64,000 nt of DNA from Vogesella amnigena (GTDB taxonomy: Bacteria > Pseudomonadota > Gammaproteobacteria > Burkholderiales > Chromobacteriaceae), in the NCBI RefSeq assembly GCF_042648905.1, contig NZ_JBHRYH010000021.1, forward strand, positions 107,657-171,656, written 5' to 3'. A program made the translations under genes and the position numbers. The notes under the pieces are model-generated. The model saw only the letters and a list, made by a program, of their open reading frames with translations. It was not told the origin of the DNA and searched no databases. Shown piece after piece: positions 49,821-63,256 of this stretch. Within the stretch, counting starts at the first letter, position 1. The number at the start of each line of letters is the position of its first letter.

Positions 49821-51449
49821 TTACAACCGGAACACCGCCACCGCCTCGTGCAGGCTGTCGGCATGCACGCTCAGCTGCTGAGAAGCACTGGCGGTGGCAT
49901 CCACGCTACCCTGGTTGGCCTCGGTCATCGCCGAGATCACCTCGGCGCGCTGCGCGATGTCGCGCACCGCCAGCTGTTGCTCGTTCAGCGCCAGCGCCAC
50001 CGAGTCGATGTGGGCGCTGATGCGGCGGGCATTGTCGCGGATGCCGCTGATGGCATCACTGGCAAGCCGGCTCTGTTCCACGCCATCTCGGGTAGCCTCC
50101 ACGCTGGTCTGCATCGAGCCGACGACGGCCTGCATGCCCTGCCCCAGCGCGTCGATCTGGCCGCTGATGTCCACCGTAGCCTGGCTGGTGCGCTCGGCCA
50201 GCTTGCGAACTTCGTCCGCCACCACCGCAAAACCGCGGCCGCTTTCGCCGGCGCGTGCTGCCTCGATGGCGGCATTCAGTGCCAGCAGATTGGTCTGCTC
50301 GGCGATACCGTGAATGGTCTGGGTAATGTTGGCGATGGTATCGGCCTGCTGACGCAGGCCATCCAGCGCACTTGCCGCTGCCGCCACATGGTCGGCCATG
50401 GCGTGGATATCGTTGGCCGCATGATGGATCAGGCCGGCGCAATCCACCACCGCGCCATCGGCGCTATGCGCCTCCTGCTGCACCTGGCTGATCTGCTCGC
50501 CCAGCTGGCCGATGCTCTGCAGCACCTCTTCCACCGACACTGCAATGGCCCGCGAAGCCTCGCCCTGGGTGTGCGATGCCTGCTGCACTTCGCGCGCCGA
50601 CAGATTCAGCGCGCCGGCGTTACCGTGCATCTGCCCGGCCAGCTCGCGGATATGGCCGGTGATGCCGCGCAGCTTGTCCTGCATGTCCACCAGTGCCCCC
50701 AGCAGGCTGTGCTCGCGCCCGGCCGGCACCGTCAGCGTCCGGCTCAGGTCGCCGGCGGCGATGTGCCGCGTCTGCCGCATCGCTTCCACCGGCTCGCCGC
50801 CCAGGGTACGGAACACCCGGCGATACAGCACCACCCCGCCAGCCAGCACCAGCATGATCAGCAATGCACTGGCCAGCAGCAGGCCCAGCCCCACATCGTG
50901 CAGCAGCTGCTCGCTCTGTGTCACCACCGCAGCGTTGTCCGCCTCCACCTGCTGCTGCAGTTGCTGCAGGGCCTGGGTCAGCGCCTCGGCACGATCATCA
51001 AAACCACTCCCCGGTGCTTTCATCAGCTGGTTGCCGGCTTCACGCCCCCCGGCGATATAACTTTCCGCCATCTGCTGGCCAACACGGTAAAAGGTGTCCA
51101 GCGCCTGGCGCACGCTGCTCAGCCGGGTTTGCAATGCCGGTGCCAGCGCCGCCATATCCTGCAGCTGCTGCACGCCGGCGCGGTAATGCTCTGCCGCGTC
51201 GCCAAAACCGTCACGATCGGCCGTGGCGCTGACATCGGTCAGGTATTGCTGGATCTGCACCACGTGATAGCGCAGTGCCTGCATGTCGTCCTTCACCCGA
51301 TTACTGACCTGATGCTCCTGGCGGCTGTTGTCCAGCAGCAGGTTGATACTGAACGAGGTTGCGCCGCCCATCAGCAGCAGCATGGTAACGGTGACGGCAA
51401 TGAAGGAAAGCAGCAGCGGCCGCAGTTGGCGAAACGAAGAAGTAGGCAT
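49821..51449 (-). CDS. methyl-accepting chemotaxis protein (two-TM, periplasmic helical sensor, HAMP, MCP signalling domain)
   Basis: Tip [35 protein letters not shown]. Start trimmed to MPTSSFRQ (upstream frame likely non-coding). N-terminus uncertain. Confidence 0.85.
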   Translation of the reverse strand: MPTSSFRQLRPLLLSFIAVTVTMLLLMGGATSFSINLLLDNSRQEHQVSNRVKDDMQALRYHVVQIQQYLTDVSATADRDGFGDAAEHYRAGVQQLQDMAALAPALQTRLSSVRQALDTFYRVGQQMAESYIAGGREAGNQLMKAPGSGFDDRAEALTQALQQLQQQVEADNAAVVTQSEQLLHDVGLGLLLASALLIMLVLAGGVVLYRRVFRTLGGEPVEAMRQTRHIAAGDLSRTLTVPAGREHSLLGALVDMQDKLRGITGHIRELAGQMHGNAGALNLSAREVQQASHTQGEASRAIAVSVEEVLQSIGQLGEQISQVQQEAHSADGAVVDCAGLIHHAANDIHAMADHVAAAASALDGLRQQADTIANITQTIHGIAEQTNLLALNAAIEAARAGESGRGFAVVADEVRKLAERTSQATVDISGQIDALGQGMQAVVGSMQTSVEATRDGVEQSRLASDAISGIRDNARRISAHIDSVALALNEQQLAVRDIAQRAEVISAMTEANQGSVDATASASQQLSVHADSLHEAVAVFRL

Positions 51450-51573
51450 GAAGCAATCACGGCAAGAATCACGATGACCACATTGTTGCAGCGCAATAAC
51501 CAAGACACAATCTTAAACAAACTGTTTGTTTGCTAATTATCAAATGCTTAATAGTTTCGTTAAATTTTGCCAA

Positions 51574-51606
51574 TGAAAAACGGCCAGTGCTGTAAGCACT
51601 GGCCGT
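51574..51606 (-). terminator. Rho-independent terminator after the DUF3422 gene (minus strand)
   Basis: CGGCCAGTGC-TGTAA-GCACTGGCCG stem with a T5 tract on the minus strand. Confidence 0.65.
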
Positions 51607-51629
51607 GACCTGACGGTATGTGGCAGTCG

Positions 51630-52913
51630 CTAGTGCTGCAGGCCGCGCTTCACCCGCCGCATCCCCAGCCACACACTGCCAGCCACCACCGGTATTGCCA
51701 GGCCGGTAAGCAGCTCCACGTTCAGATGCAGGCCAGCGGCCTTGCCGGCCTTGAACAGATAGCCCAGCAGCCCCACCGCGTAGTAGGTAAGCACCCCCAC
51801 CGACAGCCCTTCCACCGTTTCCTGCAGCCGCAGTTGCAGCGCGGCGCGGCGATCCATGCTGGCCAGCAGCGCACGGTTCTGCTCCTCGTGCACCACCTCC
51901 ACCCGCGTGCGCAGCAGCGCTGTACTGCGCTGCAGGCGGGTCATCAGCCGTTCCTGACGGCGCACCGCGGTGGCGCAGGTTTCCATCGCCGGCCCCAGCC
52001 GCCTCTCCATGAATTCGTGGAATGGCTGCAGGCCGGACAGGCGGCGCTCGCGCAGTTCGTCGATGCGGCGGCCTACCAGCTGGTAGTAGGCGCGTGCGGC
52101 GGCGAAACGGTACTGGCTTTGCGCAATCAGCTGTTCGCCCTGTGCCGACAGATCGGTGAGCTCGTCCAGCATGCTGGCATCGTGGCCCTGCTGCTGCGAC
52201 ATGCGCAGTGTCACCCGCCGCAGCTGGGTACCCAGCCGGTCCAGCTCGCGCATCTGGCGCTTGGCTTCCGGCAGCGCCAGCAGCGCCAGCAGGCGATAGG
52301 TTTCCATTTCGAACAGGCGCTGCACCATGCGCCCGGATTGCGACGGCCCCATGTCGCGGTCGATCAGCACGAAACGGCTGAAGCCCTCGGCCAGTCGCGG
52401 GTCCGGGTGCAGGCGCAGGTCGGTGTAGGCCACGCCATTGCCGTCGCCGATCTCGGCGCCGATCAGGTCATGGCCGCCGAACCAGCGCTGCGAAATTTCC
52501 GCCGCCGGCGCCTCCTGGTCGGCGGGCAGCAGCACGGCATGGGTGGCAACCATCACCTCCCCCGGCAATGCGGCCAACCAGTCGGCCGGCAGCCGGTCCA
52601 GTGCGGTGCGCTCGAACGGCTCGACAAAATCGCCGCTGAGAATGAAAGAGTAGCGGGCGAACTCGGTGTGCAGTGCCCAGCGCACGGTAAGGTCGCCGGC
52701 CACGCCGGTGTAGTGCACCTGGCCGTCGTCCGGCACCGCCACACCCAGCCGGCGGGCCAGGTCGTGCATGGCGGCGCGCTGCTCCAGCTCGGCGTCATCG
52801 AAAAACAGCGTAAGAGTAGAAATGCGCGCCGGTGACGGAATCGCCACCGGCGGCCGCGCGTGGGCCTCGTCATTGAGGCTGCGGCGCAGCGGATGCGTGT
52901 TAAGGCTGATCAT
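51630..52913 (-). CDS. DUF3422-family protein with C-terminal TM helices
   Basis: 427 aa. Soluble N-terminal region and two C-terminal TM segments (LSVGVLTYYAVGLLGYLF; LLTGLAIPVVAGSVWL). DUF3422-like pattern. Confidence 0.55.
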   Translation of the reverse strand: MISLNTHPLRRSLNDEAHARPPVAIPSPARISTLTLFFDDAELEQRAAMHDLARRLGVAVPDDGQVHYTGVAGDLTVRWALHTEFARYSFILSGDFVEPFERTALDRLPADWLAALPGEVMVATHAVLLPADQEAPAAEISQRWFGGHDLIGAEIGDGNGVAYTDLRLHPDPRLAEGFSRFVLIDRDMGPSQSGRMVQRLFEMETYRLLALLALPEAKRQMRELDRLGTQLRRVTLRMSQQQGHDASMLDELTDLSAQGEQLIAQSQYRFAAARAYYQLVGRRIDELRERRLSGLQPFHEFMERRLGPAMETCATAVRRQERLMTRLQRSTALLRTRVEVVHEEQNRALLASMDRRAALQLRLQETVEGLSVGVLTYYAVGLLGYLFKAGKAAGLHLNVELLTGLAIPVVAGSVWLGMRRVKRGLQH

Positions 52914-53092
52914 GTTTCCGGTATCCCTGGTAGCCGAGCCAGTTGACTATTGATTGCATCCTGGCTCGATACAGCTCTGCGGCTGTTGGCGGGCAGCTTA
53001 CCTGTGCCAGTGCCAGGGCAACAAGCGCACCAGCTAACGAAAGTCTAGCCAGTGGCAATGACAGCTGAATGGCACAGGCAACAAAGGCCCGC

Positions 53093-53518
53093 TCAGGGCT
53101 TGTGATGACGCAGCAAACGCTGCAATGCCTGCTTGACCACCGGGTTGCCCACTTCGTCGGCAGCACGGCTGAAGGCATCGATACCGGCACGCGACAGGGA
53201 AAAGGATTTTTGCCGCACCGGCTTGGGTGGGGTGGGCAGCACCTTCACCCGCAGGCTAGTCAGCGGGTAACCCTGCCGCGCCAGCGGCGCCACCACGCTA
53301 TTGCCCAGCAGGCGCAGCCGCGCCGCCACGGTGCTGTTATGGGCGAATACCACCAGCTCGCCGCCGCGCACGCATGCCACCTGGCATTGCTCGCCCAGAC
53401 GCCCCGGCAGCAGGCGCTTGAAGGCGCGATCCAGCTGCAGGATGGCCTGGGCGGCGGCGGTAAGATCCGCCAGCTGCTTGTCTTTGCCGGTGAAGTGGCT
53501 GAGAGGATGGCTGCTCAT
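53093..53518 (-). CDS. DUF721/DciA-like protein (putative replicative-helicase loader family), divergent from secA
   Basis: 141 aa. Position and size typical of the DUF721 gene found upstream of secA in betaproteobacteria. Weak sequence pattern only. Confidence 0.45.
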   Translation of the reverse strand: MSSHPLSHFTGKDKQLADLTAAAQAILQLDRAFKRLLPGRLGEQCQVACVRGGELVVFAHNSTVAARLRLLGNSVVAPLARQGYPLTSLRVKVLPTPPKPVRQKSFSLSRAGIDAFSRAADEVGNPVVKQALQRLLRHHKP

Positions 53519-53711
53519 GTGCTACAAGAGGAAACAATTGACCGGCAGTGTAGCGCAAAAGCCCGGCAGCCGGCGCAAAGCGCCTCGCCGGGCCTGACCA
53601 ATGGCACAGCTCTTGATTAGCTGCAAAGTCGCCCCCATTAACTGGGGATTCGCCTGTGTTAAACTTTGGCCCATTTTTCGATTCGGCCGTTGGCCGCTGG
53701 ATGTCCACAAG

Positions 53712-56420
<2,709 letters not shown>

Positions 56421-56440
56421 AACGCTGACTGTCCAGCAAA

Positions 56441-56467
56441 CCGCCAACCGAGGTTGGCGGTTTTTTG
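56441..56467 (+). terminator. Rho-independent terminator after secA (CCGCCAACC-GA-GGTTGGCGG + T6)
   Basis: Perfect 9-bp stem (itself REP-related: CCAACC...GGTTGG) and T6. Confidence 0.7.
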
Positions 56468-56483
56468 TTGCTGCCAGGAAACC

Positions 56484-57302
56484 ATGCCCAACCTCCCCGC
56501 CTCCAGCTGGCCTGCCATATTGCTGCTGGCCGCCGCCAGCCTGGCATTGCTAGGCGCGCAGCGCCGCTGCGGCCTGCTGCTGCTGGCGATCAGCCTGCCG
56601 ACAGCGCTGTGGGGCGGCTGGATGAGCCTCTCCGCGCTGCCGCCACTGCTGCTGGCCGCCGTGCTGCTACCGCGCCAAGGGCTACGGCCTGGCCCTGTTA
56701 CGCTGGCCGTATTGTGGCTGCTGGCCCTGGCGCTGGGGCTGCACCTGCTGCCCGGCTTTGCCAGCAAGACGCTGTGGCAGGGGCAGCTGGCAGTGGACAG
56801 CAGCCCCTACCTGCTGCGCTGGAGCCTGGACAAGCTACTGGCTGGCTGCCTGCTGCTCCTGCTCTATCCGGAGTGGCGTCCAGCTTGCGGCCAACGTTGG
56901 CCGCAACTGTTGGCCGCCACCCTGTTGCTGGCACTGGCCGCCATAGCCGCGCTGTTGCTGGGGCTGGTACGTATCGATATGAAATGGCCGCAGTGGTGGC
57001 CTTACTGGCTGGCTGGCAACCTGCTGCTCACCAGCGTGGCGGAAGAAGCATTGTTCCGCCGGGCGCTGCCACAGCTACTACCCGCAGCCTGGCCCCCGTT
57101 GCAACGAATAGTGGTCTGCAGCCTGTTGTTCGGTCTGGCCCATGCCGCCGGTGGTCCGGCATGGGTGCTGTGCGCAGCCATCGCCGGCATGGCCTATGCA
57201 CTGATCTATCGTGCCGGCGGCTGGCTGGGCTGGGCCATCCTCACGCATGTCGCCTTCAACAGCCTGCACCTGGCGCTGCTGAGTTATCCGCAGTTGCAAT
57301 AG
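56484..57302 (+). CDS. CPBP-family intramembrane metalloprotease (CAAX protease / Abi-like)
   Basis: Motif 1 EEALFRR, motif 2 FGLAHAAG (FxxxH), motif 3 HVAFNS (HxxxN) in the C-terminal 110 aa. Multiple N-terminal TM helices. ATG after AGGAAA; the track ORF begins at an upstream TTG. Contains an in-frame REP copy. Confidence 0.75.
   Translation: MPNLPASSWPAILLLAAASLALLGAQRRCGLLLLAISLPTALWGGWMSLSALPPLLLAAVLLPRQGLRPGPVTLAVLWLLALALGLHLLPGFASKTLWQGQLAVDSSPYLLRWSLDKLLAGCLLLLLYPEWRPACGQRWPQLLAATLLLALAAIAALLLGLVRIDMKWPQWWPYWLAGNLLLTSVAEEALFRRALPQLLPAAWPPLQRIVVCSLLFGLAHAAGGPAWVLCAAIAGMAYALIYRAGGWLGWAILTHVAFNSLHLALLSYPQLQ
56884..56918. repeat. REP-like palindrome (CTTGCGGCCAACGTTGGCCGCAACTGTTGGCCGCC) located inside the CPBP protease reading frame
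   Basis: Translates in frame as ...PACGQRWPQLLAA... within the CDS. Confidence 0.65.
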
Positions 57303-57331
57303 ACCCCAGTGCTCGGCTGCCGCAGCATGAA

Positions 57332-57355
57332 AAAACCCCGCCGCAGCGGGGTTTT
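57332..57355. terminator. bidirectional terminator between the convergent CPBP gene and the opp operon (AAAACCCCGC-CGCA-GCGGGGTTTT)
   Basis: 10-bp stem flanked by A-tract and T-tract. Confidence 0.7.
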
Positions 57356-57379
57356 GCACACAGGGTCAGCCTTGCCGGC

Positions 57380-58358
57380 TTACACCAGCAGGCAGGAGCT
57401 CTGCGAGGCGTCGCTGACGCGATGCAGCACGATGTCTTCCTTGCCGCAACGTTCCTGCGCCAGCGGGCAACGGGTGCGGAACACGCAGCCGGACGGCGGG
57501 TTCATCGGGCTGGGCAGGTCGCCTTGCAGGATCTGGATCTGCTTGTTCTTTTCCAGCTTCGGGTCCGGAATCGGAATCGCCGACAGCAGTGCGCGGGTGT
57601 ACGGGTGGCTCGGGGCGTCGTACAGCGCGTGCTTCTCTGCCAGCTCCATCTCCCGGCCCAGGTACATCACCAGGATGCGGTCGGAGATGTGCTTCACCAC
57701 TGCCAGATCGTGGGCGATGAAGATCAGCGCCAGGCCCATTTCGCGCTGCAGATCCTTCAGCAGGTTGATGATCTGCGCCTGGATGGATACGTCCAGCGCC
57801 GAAACCGGCTCGTCACAGATGATCAGCTTGGGCTCCAGGATCAGCGCGCGGGCGATGCCGATACGCTGGCACTGACCGCCGGAGAACTCGTGCGGGTAGC
57901 GGTTGATCATCTGCTCGCGCAGGCCGACCTTGCCCATCATGGCACGCACACGCTTGTCCACCTCGGCGGCGGACAGCTCCGGGCGATGCACGCGCAGCGG
58001 CTCGCCGATGATCTGGCCGATGTTCATGCGCGGGTTCAGCGACGCCAGCGGATCCTGGAAGATCATCTGGATGTCCTTGCGCACCGCCAGCCAGTCCTTG
58101 TCGCTGCCTTTGCGCAGGTCCTTGCCCATCCACACGATTTCGCCGGATTTTGCCGGGTGCAGGTTGAGGATGGCGCGGGCCAGGGTGGACTTGCCGCAGC
58201 CGGATTCGCCGACCACGCCCAGGGTTTCACCGGCGTACAGGTCGAAGCTGACGCCATCGACCGCTTTCAGGGTTTTCTTCGGAGTCCACGGCCAGGCGTT
58301 GCTGCTCTTCACCTGGAAGTGCACCTTGACATCGCGGACCGACAGGATGGGCTGGCGC

Positions 58359-58366
<8 letters not shown>
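57380..58366 (-). CDS. oppF: oligopeptide/dipeptide ABC transporter ATP-binding protein (OppF/DppF-like)
   Basis: Walker A GESGCGKST, signature FSGGQCQRIGIARAL, C-terminal oligopeptide TOBE extension (HPYTRALL...CPF). Confidence 0.9.
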
Positions 58367-59357
<991 letters not shown>

Positions 59358-59367
59358 GGTGTGCTCC

Positions 59368-60276
59368 TCAACGATCCTTCGGGTCCAGCGCGTCGCGCAT
59401 GCCATCGCCAATGTAGTTGGCGCAGTACAGGGTGATGGACAACATGGCTGCCGGGAACAGCAGGATCCACGGTGTGGTTTCCATCACGCCGGTGCCGTCT
59501 TCGATCAGCACGCCCCAGCTGGTCATCGGCTCCTGCACGCCCAGGCCCAGGAAGGACAGCACCGACTCGGTCAGGATCACGCCCGGCACGGTCACGGTGG
59601 TGTAGATCACCACGATGCCCAGCAGGTTCGGCACCACGTGGCGGAAGATGATGCTGCTGGTGGATACACCGATGGCGCGTGCCGCCTCGATGTACTCCTT
59701 GGACTTGATGGACAGCGTCTGGCCACGCACCACGCGCGCCATGTCCATCCACGAGAACACGGTGATGGTCAGCACCACCAGGTAGAACTCGCGGCCCAGC
59801 AGGGTCACCATCAGGATGGCGATCAGCAGATAGGGCACGGCGTACATCATGTCCACCAGGCGCATCATGATGGTATCCACCTTGCCGCCGAGGAAGCCGG
59901 CAGTGGCGCCCCAGATAATGCCGATGGTCACCGAGGCGATAGTGGCCAGGAGGCCCACCATCAGCGAGATGCGGCCGCCGATCAGGCAGCGCACCAGCAG
60001 GTCGCGGCCCAGCTCATCGGTACCGAAGTAGTGACTATTGAGCATGGTAGGCGCCAGGCTCATCGCATCCCAGTCGGTATCTTCATAGCTGTGCGGCAGC
60101 ACCATCGGGCCGAAGATACAGGCCAGGGTGATCAGGGTCAGGAAAATCAGGCTGACTACGGCAGCCTTGTTGCGGAAGAAGCGGTCGCGGGCATCGCGCC
60201 ACGGACTGCGGCCGTCCACGGCCACGTTGGCCGCAATGGCTTCGGCCACGGCTTGCTGTTTTTTACGGGACAACAT
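59368..60276 (-). CDS. oppC: oligopeptide/dipeptide ABC transporter permease (OppC/DppC-like)
   Basis: BPD_transp_1 permease with an N-terminal OppC_N-like region. EAA-like loop (EAARAIG). Confidence 0.9.
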   Translation of the reverse strand: MLSRKKQQAVAEAIAANVAVDGRSPWRDARDRFFRNKAAVVSLIFLTLITLACIFGPMVLPHSYEDTDWDAMSLAPTMLNSHYFGTDELGRDLLVRCLIGGRISLMVGLLATIASVTIGIIWGATAGFLGGKVDTIMMRLVDMMYAVPYLLIAILMVTLLGREFYLVVLTITVFSWMDMARVVRGQTLSIKSKEYIEAARAIGVSTSSIIFRHVVPNLLGIVVIYTTVTVPGVILTESVLSFLGLGVQEPMTSWGVLIEDGTGVMETTPWILLFPAAMLSITLYCANYIGDGMRDALDPKDR

Positions 60277-60297
60277 GTTGGGTATTCCTCGTAGCGC

Positions 60298-61218
60298 TTA
60301 GTAGCGAATCTTCGGATCAAGCAGGGCGTAGGCCAGGTCAACCAGCAGGTTGAGCACCACGGCCACCACGGTTACCAGCACCACCAGACCCAGCACCAGG
60401 GTGTAGTCGCGGTTGGCCGCACCGTTCACGATCAGCTTGCCCAGGCCCGGCAAGGAAAACACCGACTCGGTCACCACCGCGGAGGTGATGGAGGAAATCG
60501 CCAGCGGCCCCAGCACCGATACCACCGGCATCAGCGCCGGCTTCAGCGAGTGACGGAACACGATGGTACGCAGCGGCAGGCCCTTGGCCTTGGCGGTGCG
60601 GATGAAGTTGGAGTTCAGCACTTCGATCAGGCTGCCACGCATCACGCGGCCGATGGTGGACACGTTGATGAAGGTGAGCAGCGCCATCGGCAGCAGCATG
60701 TAGGCCAGCTGGAAATCGTTCCAGCCACCGGCCGGCGATACCTTCAGCCAGATGGCGAACACCATGATCAGTACCGGGCCGATGATGAAGGACGGGAAGG
60801 CACTGCCCAGGTTGCCGATCAGCATCACCAGGTAATCGATGATGCTGTTCTGGCGCAGCGCGGCAATGATGCCGAGACCGACACCGATGAACACCGAAAT
60901 CAGCAGCGAGCCGCCGCCAATGGCCAGCGATACCGGCAGCGCATTGGCCACCAGGTCGTTCACGCTCCAGTCGGCGTAGCGGAAAGAGGCGCCCAGGTCA
61001 CCCTGCAGCAGGCTCTTCAGGTAATAGAGGTATTGCTGCCACAGCGGCAGGTCCAGGTGATACTTGGCCTGCAGGTTGGCCAGCACGGCTTCGGACACCT
61101 TGCGTTCGGTATCGAACGGGCCGCCCGGGGTGGCGTGCAGCATCAGGTAACAGACAGTGATGACGAGCAACAGCGTGGGTATCGTCATCAGTACGCGGCG
61201 AAAAGCGTAAGACCACAT
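60298..61218 (-). CDS. oppB: oligopeptide/dipeptide ABC transporter permease (OppB/DppB-like)
   Basis: 306 aa. MWSYAFRRVLMTIPTLLLV N-terminus typical of OppB. EAA loop (TAKAKGL). Confidence 0.9.
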   Translation of the reverse strand: MWSYAFRRVLMTIPTLLLVITVCYLMLHATPGGPFDTERKVSEAVLANLQAKYHLDLPLWQQYLYYLKSLLQGDLGASFRYADWSVNDLVANALPVSLAIGGGSLLISVFIGVGLGIIAALRQNSIIDYLVMLIGNLGSAFPSFIIGPVLIMVFAIWLKVSPAGGWNDFQLAYMLLPMALLTFINVSTIGRVMRGSLIEVLNSNFIRTAKAKGLPLRTIVFRHSLKPALMPVVSVLGPLAISSITSAVVTESVFSLPGLGKLIVNGAANRDYTLVLGLVVLVTVVAVVLNLLVDLAYALLDPKIRY

Positions 61219-61414
61219 ATCAGGGAGACTCCAAGTCGGGGAGGGAGTTCGTCTGGTCGGTGCGAGTGCGTGCAAGCACCCGCCTGTCTCTTGTGGGGAC
61301 AGCCGGCACCAGACTCACCGACAGCACTACTAACAACTATAAGCCGGGCTTCCGTGGTACGGGGCCCGGCCTTGGCGGACAGGGGAGGTCACCCTCCCCC
61401 ACGACATCACGCGC

Positions 61415-63031
61415 TTAGTGCTTGATGATGTACAGGTCCTTGTTGCGGTAACGATCCATCGGGTTCTTGGTGGAGTAACCACCAACGTAGGACTTCACCA
61501 GACGCGGTACGGTGTACTGCAGCAGCGGGATCATCGGGTAGTCATCCATGATCATCTTGGTAGCCTGGGTCAGCAGTTGCTTGCGCTTGGCGGCATCCTT
61601 GGACTGGTTGCCCTGCTTGATCAGCTCTTCTGCCTTCGGGTTGCAGTTGCCGTTGTCGTTCTGGTCGTTGCCGCACTGCACCAGCGCCAGGAAGGTGGTG
61701 GCGTCGTTGTAGTCGGCTACCCAGCCGTTACGGGCGATCTGGTAGTCACCGTCATGGCGCTTCTTCAGCAGCACCTTGAACTCCATGTTTTCCATCTCGG
61801 TATCCAGGCCGAGCTTGGACTTCCACTCGGAAGCGGCGAAGATCGCCATCTTCTTGTGGTATTCACTGGTGTTGTAGGTGAACTTGATCTTGGTGCCCGG
61901 CTTCACGCCTGCAGCTGCCAGCAGCTTCTTGGCTTCGGCAACGCGCTGCGCCATCGGCCACTTGGCCCAGTCGTAAGTGGTCACGTCGGCACCGGCGGTA
62001 CCACGCACCACTACGCTGTAAGCCGGAACCTGGCCGTCAGCAGTGATCTTGGAGGACAGGATGTCGCGGTCGATGACCATGGACAGCGCCTTGCGTACGC
62101 GGATGTCCTTCATCATCGGGTCCTTGGCGTTCAGACCGTAGTAACGCAGGCCCAGCATCGGGGCATTGCGGATATCTTTCGGCAGTTCGGCCTTGTACTT
62201 CTCGTAGGTGCCCGGGGGCAGCTGGTATACCCAGTCGTTTTCGCCGGACTGGAACAGTTTCACGTCGGCGAAACCGTCTTCAACCGGCAGGTAGGTTACC
62301 TTGTTCAGCTGTACGTTGGCCTTGTCCCAGTATGTCGGGTTCTTTTCGATGACCAGCTTGCTGTTCACCATCCACTCTTTCAGCACGAAGGCGCCGTTGC
62401 TTACCAGCTTGCCCGGCTTGGTCCAGTCCTTGCCGAACTTCTCGATAGCGGCTTTCGGTGCCGGGCCCAGCTGGGTGTTGGACACCAGCTCCGGCATGAA
62501 GGCTACCGGGTACGGGGTCTTGATTTCCAGGGTGTACTTGTCGATTGCCTTGACGCCGACTTCGCTCAGCGGCTTCTTGCCTTCGGCGGCTTCCTGGCCG
62601 TTCACCAGGAAGATGCCGTAGGTGGTGGCGTACGGAGATGCAGTTTTCGGATCCAGGAAGCGGCGGATGCCGTAAACGAAGTCGTCAGCGGTAACGTTGC
62701 CGCCATCGGACCACTTGGCGTTCTTGCGCAGCTTGAACACCCAGGTAGTCGGATCGGTCTGTTTCCAGGACTCGGCTACACCCGGTACTACCTTGCCATC
62801 GGCGTCGGTAGCAGTCAGACCTTCGAACAGGTCACGGGCAATGTTGTTGGCGCCAACGGATTCGGCCAGGGCCGGGTCCAGGGATTCGGCTTCGGAACCG
62901 TTGTTACGGATCAGTTCCTGCTTGGCAGCCAGTTGTACACCAGCCGGCACCTTGGCGGCCAGGGCGCTCGGGGCAACCAGGGCCAGGGCAACGGCGGAAG
63001 CTACTACGCTGATAGTCATCGCTTTTTTCAT
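61415..63031 (-). CDS. oppA: periplasmic oligopeptide-binding protein (SBP family 5, OppA-like)
   Basis: 538 aa. Signal peptide. SBP_bac_5 pattern. Start at the ATG after AGGAGAAT (MKKAMTISV). Confidence 0.9.
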   Translation of the reverse strand: MKKAMTISVVASAVALALVAPSALAAKVPAGVQLAAKQELIRNNGSEAESLDPALAESVGANNIARDLFEGLTATDADGKVVPGVAESWKQTDPTTWVFKLRKNAKWSDGGNVTADDFVYGIRRFLDPKTASPYATTYGIFLVNGQEAAEGKKPLSEVGVKAIDKYTLEIKTPYPVAFMPELVSNTQLGPAPKAAIEKFGKDWTKPGKLVSNGAFVLKEWMVNSKLVIEKNPTYWDKANVQLNKVTYLPVEDGFADVKLFQSGENDWVYQLPPGTYEKYKAELPKDIRNAPMLGLRYYGLNAKDPMMKDIRVRKALSMVIDRDILSSKITADGQVPAYSVVVRGTAGADVTTYDWAKWPMAQRVAEAKKLLAAAGVKPGTKIKFTYNTSEYHKKMAIFAASEWKSKLGLDTEMENMEFKVLLKKRHDGDYQIARNGWVADYNDATTFLALVQCGNDQNDNGNCNPKAEELIKQGNQSKDAAKRKQLLTQATKMIMDDYPMIPLLQYTVPRLVKSYVGGYSTKNPMDRYRNKDLYIIKH

Positions 63032-63256
63032 ATTCTCCTGCTCTCCTTGAACAAGAAACGACCTGCTTGCCGCAGGTCGTTCTGAAAAACAATCTGTGTG
63101 GATACAGTACGCAAAGGCGAGGCCATTATGCACAGCACACATAGCTGCCACAAGATAGAAAACCCGGTTTTGTCGCTAAACCCCCGCCAATGCGTAGCAT
63201 TTCATACATAGAAATGTGGTAAACACACCATTTTCATGCCAAGCCATGAGTTTAGA

